Below, piece after piece: positions 20,723 through 25,358 of a DNA stretch of 25,358 nucleotides; position 1 is the stretch's first letter; every line of letters starts with the position of its first letter. The stretch is from a virus (taxonomy: Duplodnaviria > Caudoviricetes). Under the pieces are notes generated by a model. That model did no database searches, had not been told where the DNA came from, and worked only from the letters and a program-made list of their open reading frames with translations. The stretch is from positions 1 through 25,358 of IMG/VR virus record IMGVR_UViG_3300017780_003557. One strand, 5' to 3'. A program made the position numbers and the translations under genes.

Positions 20723-22966
20723 ATGGGTTATATACTAAAAAATACGTCAGGTTTAATAAATACAAAAATAACCGATGCTGCTAGACAGAAGTTATCACAA
20801 GGTAGATTTAATATCGCTTATTTCCAAGTTGGTGATAGTGAAATGTTATATAATAAGTTACCAACAACATATGTGATATCAAATTCTATGGTGTTAGAAT
20901 CGGGGTTTAATGCTCAGAATATGTCAGGTGTTCCTGAATCTAACAAACAAAATATTAAATATCCTTATTATGTTGATGGTGATGGTGGTAATACTTATGG
21001 GTTACCAACAATGGATTCAGTTGTTAGTCCAATATATAACACTGCCGCAATGAGAGGGTTTTTTAGTGCGGATACTACTTCATTACCAACTAATTGGAGT
21101 GTGTTAGTTAGTAGTGCGTATACGATAACATCTAACTTTGTGGTTGATATGACTAGTTTAGATGGAACTAATACGGTTATTGTTTCTGCGGATACTTGTA
21201 ATGTTAATCAGACTGTTGACCCATCACCTGGTGACTTTGTCACCATTTATTATGATAATTTAGGTAATTGTACAAATAATGAGTTAATGGAAATGTTTTC
21301 TTGTTATCCAATATTAACTTATAGAGTGGTGGATTATTGTGCAAATGTATTAACTTTAGATAGAGATGCTCCTGATTTCACAAATATTAATTTAACAAAT
21401 GTATATTCACGATTAATTGTTTATCCAAAACAAATGACTGATTTATATGATAGTGTAACGCCATTAAATCACTATAGTGATAATATAATTAATTTTGAAT
21501 CAGTTTGTGCTGAGGATGAGTTTGATGTTAAAATATGGAATATGAATATTCCTTGGTCTGAAACATTAGCGGGTATTGATAGTTTTTTATATAAAGATTA
21601 TGAGGAATTTGGTTCTGTTAATTATTTAGGGACTAAAGAATATTTGGGTTATATGTCAAATAGTGGTCAAACATTTTTTATTAGTAACCAATTTAGTGCT
21701 GAGACAACTGATACCTATTATTATAATTCATTTGGGGAAATTATTGAAGTTGAACCTGAAGAACAAAAGGCTATTGGTATTATACACTATACTAACCAAA
21801 CTATTGATTTATTTTATGGTGAAAAATTTGCACTCCAATCGTATGAAGCGACATTTAATACTACAGGACAAGCTCGTAATTTTAGATTACACCTACCTTG
21901 GTTAATGTGGCATAAAAATCCTGAATGTTGTATGGGTGAGACTTTTTGGGTTGACCCTCCAGGATTTGATTTGTTTGATAATGGTGTTAGATATGTTCAG
22001 TCAACTAAAAATGACGATATGAATGAGTTGGGTATTAGATATTACCATTTATGGGATACTAATGTAAATCCTGATAATTACCCAAGTAGAGTAGGTAAAG
22101 TATTTCCTGATGATAGGATAATTGTAATTGATGATGAAGAGTTATTGGCTGCGATGTCGTATAAATCTAATAGAAATTGGACAATACCGGCACCTAAATT
22201 ATTTTTATCAACACCAAACACTTGTAATAGTTTAGGTGATTCTCAAGGTATTTTAACAGGTTCAAATCAAACTATGTTTGTTACTTATAGATTCACTAAC
22301 ACAACTGCATTTACAAATTCATTACATTGTAACTATTATTCAAAAATACAAGGACCTAATAATATTTGTAACCCATCTGATTCTGAAAATGTGGGGGTTA
22401 GATTTGGTGATGATTTCCCTTGTTTAACGGGTTATAGTAATACATATAAACAAGGATTTTTTGGTGAAAAGTTAGAAATTTTATGTCAAAAAGTAGTGAC
22501 GGGAAGTAGACCTCAACCTGACTCATGGAGGGTTATTGATTTTACTTCTGATTTGTCAGCAACAACTGTTAATGGTTATATAACTAAAAATGCTTTAACA
22601 GGTACAACATTTGTTATTACAAATAATTTATATAATTCAGCACCATTATACAATTTGGATGACTATATAACAATAACAGGTGCTAATGATGTTGGTCAAC
22701 AACTTAATTTTGGTGATGAGTATTATTTCTATGGGTCATTAGAAACTGATATTCAAGCAACTATATATGAAATGGTTTGTAAAGTTAATTTGTCAGATAC
22801 TGAGTTTAAAACTAGTACAAACCCAACTTGGAATGTGACCACTAAACCATATTTAACTGAAATTGGTCTTTACGATGACCAAAAAAATCTTATGATTATA
22901 TCTAAACTGCAATCACCGGTTTTACGTCAAGGTATACAACAGTTTTTAATTAAATTTGATTTTTAA
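20723..22966 (+). CDS. Tail-fibre attachment / baseplate protein with tail-collar-fibre (DUF3751, P2 gpH N-terminal)-like motifs at both ends (747 aa)
   Basis: N-terminal ITDAARQKLSQG..IAYFQVGD and C-terminal YLTEIGLYDDQKNLMIISKL. Confidence 0.6.
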   Translation: MGYILKNTSGLINTKITDAARQKLSQGRFNIAYFQVGDSEMLYNKLPTTYVISNSMVLESGFNAQNMSGVPESNKQNIKYPYYVDGDGGNTYGLPTMDSVVSPIYNTAAMRGFFSADTTSLPTNWSVLVSSAYTITSNFVVDMTSLDGTNTVIVSADTCNVNQTVDPSPGDFVTIYYDNLGNCTNNELMEMFSCYPILTYRVVDYCANVLTLDRDAPDFTNINLTNVYSRLIVYPKQMTDLYDSVTPLNHYSDNIINFESVCAEDEFDVKIWNMNIPWSETLAGIDSFLYKDYEEFGSVNYLGTKEYLGYMSNSGQTFFISNQFSAETTDTYYYNSFGEIIEVEPEEQKAIGIIHYTNQTIDLFYGEKFALQSYEATFNTTGQARNFRLHLPWLMWHKNPECCMGETFWVDPPGFDLFDNGVRYVQSTKNDDMNELGIRYYHLWDTNVNPDNYPSRVGKVFPDDRIIVIDDEELLAAMSYKSNRNWTIPAPKLFLSTPNTCNSLGDSQGILTGSNQTMFVTYRFTNTTAFTNSLHCNYYSKIQGPNNICNPSDSENVGVRFGDDFPCLTGYSNTYKQGFFGEKLEILCQKVVTGSRPQPDSWRVIDFTSDLSATTVNGYITKNALTGTTFVITNNLYNSAPLYNLDDYITITGANDVGQQLNFGDEYYFYGSLETDIQATIYEMVCKVNLSDTEFKTSTNPTWNVTTKPYLTEIGLYDDQKNLMIISKLQSPVLRQGIQQFLIKFDF

Positions 22967-22967
22967 T

Positions 22968-23567
22968 ATGAGGAAGACACTAAAAGAAAGTCCTAAAGTA
23001 TTAGGGCTTGACATATCAACTAAAACTATAGGATGGGCTTTATTTGAAATTCAAACAGGTAATTTATTAGAGTTAACTCACGTTTCGCCAGTACCTAAAC
23101 CTAAAGAAGAAAGTAAAATTAAAGAACTTTTACTTAAAAGTGATATTTTTAAATTAAAATTGGAACAGTATAAAGGTATGGGGATTACTAAAGTAGTGAT
23201 TGAAGAACCATTATTAAATTCTAACAATATTAGGACAGTTCAAACATTACTTAGATTTAATAGTTTTATTTGTAAAGTAATTTACGACACACTTAATGTT
23301 ATACCTGATTTCATTTCAACTTATGAATCAAGAAAAAATGCTTTTCCTGAATTAGTTCAAGAAAATGATAAAGGTAAATTTGTTTTGTTTGGTGGGTTAC
23401 CTAAAGATATTGATAAAAAGCTAATTGTGTGGGAAAAAGTTGCAAAAAGAGAACCACAAATTCAATGGTTATACACTAAAAATAATACATTGAAGAAAGA
23501 GAATTTTGACCAAACAGACGCTTATTGTTGTGTTTTAGGTCATATGAAACAACTTAAAATTTGGTAA
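22968..23567 (+). CDS. RuvC-like Holliday junction resolvase (199 aa)
   Basis: RNase H-fold catalytic pattern: VLGLDISTKTIGWA (Asp), VVIEEP (Glu), FDQTDAY (DxxD). The start is moved from TTG22956 to ATG22968, which gives the same TAATATG junction as three other genes. Confidence 0.8.
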   Translation: MRKTLKESPKVLGLDISTKTIGWALFEIQTGNLLELTHVSPVPKPKEESKIKELLLKSDIFKLKLEQYKGMGITKVVIEEPLLNSNNIRTVQTLLRFNSFICKVIYDTLNVIPDFISTYESRKNAFPELVQENDKGKFVLFGGLPKDIDKKLIVWEKVAKREPQIQWLYTKNNTLKKENFDQTDAYCCVLGHMKQLKIW

Positions 23568-23594
23568 TTATCGTCTAAAATACCGATAATGTGG

Positions 23595-23627
23595 AAATAT
23601 CGTCTTTTTAGACGATATTTTTTTTTT
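23595..23627 (+). terminator. Rho-independent terminator between convergent genes
   Basis: Perfect 11-bp stem AAATATCGTCT-TTTT-AGACGATATTT running into a T tract that ends at 23627. Confidence 0.85.
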
Positions 23628-23630
23628 GTC

Positions 23631-25358
23631 TTAATTTTGTTGTAATTGGATAAATCCTGAACCGTCTTGTAAGATAATGTAACCGCCTGTTTGTAGTAAT
23701 AATAAATTACTTAATGTTGTAGGTGTAGGTGTTGGTGATGGTGTATATGACGGAGTTTGACTCGGTGTGTATGACGGTGTTATACTTGGTGTTATTGATA
23801 ATGTTGGTGTGACAGTTATAGATGGTGTTATACTGTTTGTCGGAGTGATGGTTGATGTGACTGTTGGTGTTATACTGTTTGTCGGAGTGATGGTTGATGT
23901 GACTGTTGGTGTTATACTATTGGTCGGGGTATTTGTTGAGGTTATTGTTGGTGTAACTGTTGATGTTATTGTTACTGTTTGTGTGTTTGTGATTGTATTA
24001 GTTGGCGTAATAGTGTTTGTTTGTGTTTGCGTTGGTGTGTTAGTTGAAGTTATTGTTGGTGTATTAGTTGAAGTTATTGTTGGTGTAGGTGTAGGTGTTG
24101 GACAAGGATATGTTGATGTACAAGGTGAACAATTATAATCACCATCAAACATTGGATACACAGGTTTGGTATTATCCCAAACAATGGTTGGTGAACCTAT
24201 TGCGGGATATGTTCCGACCTTATAACAATACCCATTAGTTGCCACAACAACATAATAAGCTTCAGAACCTGCATATCCTGAAGGGATACTAATCCTTTCA
24301 ATATTTTGTGGTGATGATTCACAACAAGGGTAAGCTTCGGCGATGACATAAATTGGTGTTGTTGTTACTGTTGGGGTTATAGTTGGTGTTTTAGTAATGG
24401 TAGGTGTATTCGTTAATGTCCTTGTTGGTGTATTGGTTGACGTATTTGTTGATGTTACAGTGTTAGTTGGTGTATTAGTAGGTGTATTAGTCGGAGTTTC
24501 TGTTGAAGTTATTGTTGGTGTTGGAGTGTTAGTCGGAGTTTGAGTTGATGTATTTGTTGGGGTAATGGTAGGTGTATTTGTAGGTGTTTCAGTTGATGTT
24601 ATAGTTGGTGTAACGGTAGGCGTATTTGTAGGTGTTTCAGTTGATGTTATTGTAGGTGTATTTGTAGGTGTTTCAGTTGATGTTATAGTTGGTGTAACGG
24701 TATTAGTTGGAGTTTGAGTTGGTGTTTCTGTTACGGTTGATGTTATAGTATTCGTTGGTGTTTGTGTAACTGTAGGTGTATTTGTATTCGTTGGTGTTTG
24801 AGTCGGAGTTTCCGTGTTTGTTGGAGTTTGTGTAATAGTGTTTGTTGGAGTTTGTGTAATAGTGTTTGTTGGAGTTTGAGTATTGGTTGGTGTGACAGTA
24901 TTAGTAGGTGTTATTGTGTTCGTTGGGGTTATTGTGTTGGTTGGTGTTTGTGTGTTGGTTGGTGTTTGTGTTTGAGTTGTGGTTGGTGTTATTGTTGGAG
25001 TATTAGTAGGTGTGTTAGTAGGTGTTTCAGTTACCGTAGGTGTTGGAGTTTGGGTTGGGGTCTCCGTATTAGTTGGAGTAATCGTATTTGTTGGAGTTTG
25101 AGTTGGGGTCTCTGTGTTGGTAGGTGTTATTGTATTAGTTGGTGTTATTGTATTTGTTGGAGTGTTGGTGGGTGTCTCAGTTGAAGTAATAGTTGGGGTA
25201 TTGGTCGGTGTTTCAGTTGAAGTGATTGTGGGTGTTTGAGTGGGTGTCGGTGTGTTAGTTGGCGTTTCTGTTGAGGTGATAGTCGGTGTGTTAGTTGGCG
25301 TTTCTGTTGAGGTGATAGTTGGGGTGTTAGTAGGTGTTTCAGTTGATGTTATTGTTGG
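23631..25358 (-). CDS. Thr/Pro-rich mucin-like protein (>575 aa, 5'-truncated by window edge) with an embedded six-Cys domain
   Basis: The minus frame of ORF 23631..24245 continues upstream without a stop and is still in register at 25358 (PTITSTETPTNTPT...), so GTG24245 is an internal Val. Layout: (T-x)n, then a Cys domain at 24102-24353, then (T-x)n, then LLLLQTGGYIILQDGSGFIQLQQN. Confidence 0.85.
   Translation of the reverse strand, partial: PTITSTETPTNTPTITSTETPTNTPTITSTETPTNTPTPTQTPTITSTETPTNTPTITSTETPTNTPTNTITPTNTITPTNTETPTQTPTNTITPTNTETPTQTPTPTVTETPTNTPTNTPTITPTTTQTQTPTNTQTPTNTITPTNTITPTNTVTPTNTQTPTNTITQTPTNTITQTPTNTETPTQTPTNTNTPTVTQTPTNTITSTVTETPTQTPTNTVTPTITSTETPTNTPTITSTETPTNTPTVTPTITSTETPTNTPTITPTNTSTQTPTNTPTPTITSTETPTNTPTNTPTNTVTSTNTSTNTPTRTLTNTPTITKTPTITPTVTTTPIYVIAEAYPCCESSPQNIERISIPSGYAGSEAYYVVVATNGYCYKVGTYPAIGSPTIVWDNTKPVYPMFDGDYNCSPCTSTYPCPTPTPTPTITSTNTPTITSTNTPTQTQTNTITPTNTITNTQTVTITSTVTPTITSTNTPTNSITPTVTSTITPTNSITPTVTSTITPTNSITPSITVTPTLSITPSITPSYTPSQTPSYTPSPTPTPTTLSNLLLLQTGGYIILQDGSGFIQLQQN
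23823..23918. repeat. 42-bp perfect tandem repeat x2.3 (coding, TVTSTITPTNSITP)
   Basis: TGGTGTTATACTGTTTGTCGGAGTGATGGTTGATGTGACTGT at 23823 and 23865, partial copy at 23907. Confidence 0.9.
24568..24702. repeat. 51-bp direct repeat, 84 bp apart (coding)
   Basis: GTAGGTGTATTTGTAGGTGTTTCAGTTGATGTTATAGTTGGTGTAACGGTA at 24568-24618 and 24652-24702. Confidence 0.85.
24814..24878. repeat. 24-bp perfect tandem repeat x2.7 (coding, ITQTPTNT)
   Basis: GTGTTTGTTGGAGTTTGTGTAATA at 24814 and 24838, partial copy at 24862. Confidence 0.9.
25246..25319. repeat. 36-bp perfect tandem repeat x2 (coding, ITSTETPTNTPT)
   Basis: GTCGGTGTGTTAGTTGGCGTTTCTGTTGAGGTGATA at 25246 and 25282. Confidence 0.9.

Noticed and set aside
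4143-21905. Short nested ORFs at 4143-4364, 5390-5638, 12884-13105, 13967-14149, 14661-14873 and 21663-21905
   Set aside because: All lie wholly inside long genes in another frame or strand, with composition typical of off-frame AT-rich sequence and no recognisable motifs.
349-22966. Bacterial contractile injection system (eCIS/T6SS/tailocin) instead of a phage
   Set aside because: The flanking RNR and RuvC-like genes, very large T4-like wedge proteins and the absence of eCIS ATPase or Tss genes fit a large phage better. Capsid and sheath genes are not in the window, so this is not formally excluded.
23767-24138. Plus-strand Val/Gly-rich ORF (123 aa) that looks like a membrane or amyloid protein
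   Set aside because: Antisense shadow of the ACN-rich Thr-x repeat; it lies downstream of the plus-strand terminator.
24762-25184. Plus-strand Cys/Trp-rich ORF (140 aa) that looks like a metallothionein or RiPP precursor
   Set aside because: TGT/TGG codons are simply the reverse complement of ACA (Thr) and CCA (Pro) codons of the real minus-strand gene.
23700-25358. Repeat region as a CRISPR array, DGR template or telomere-like GT repeat
   Set aside because: There is no constant repeat/unique spacer structure and no cas or reverse transcriptase gene; the periodicity is codon-based.

Overview
AT-rich, gene-dense window that looks like part of the genome of a large contractile-tailed (myo-type) bacteriophage. 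A Bacteroidota host is likely, inferred from SprB repeats and A-rich translation starts lacking Shine-Dalgarno sites. The window opens with the 3' end of a class I ribonucleotide reductase alpha gene and its terminator. A ~23 kb plus-strand, largely translationally coupled baseplate/tail-appendage cluster follows: gp25-like and gp6-like wedge proteins, a 1915-aa protein with an internal hydrophobic hairpin, several unknown proteins, a gpI/gp7-like protein, two SprB-repeat proteins, a DxD glycosyltransferase, a split tail-collar-fibre-like protein and a RuvC-like resolvase. A convergent minus-strand gene, open to the window edge (>575 aa, much longer than the ORF track shows), encodes a strictly Thr-alternating mucin-like protein. 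The main candidate for a new system is phage-encoded virion protein O-glycosylation. It combines a glycosyltransferase resembling plant HPAT/SERGT protein O-glycosyltransferases, a mucin-like candidate substrate, and an [S/T]-[G/A]-x-[S/T] motif enriched in neighbouring structural proteins. All family assignments come from motif recognition by eye; no database search was run.
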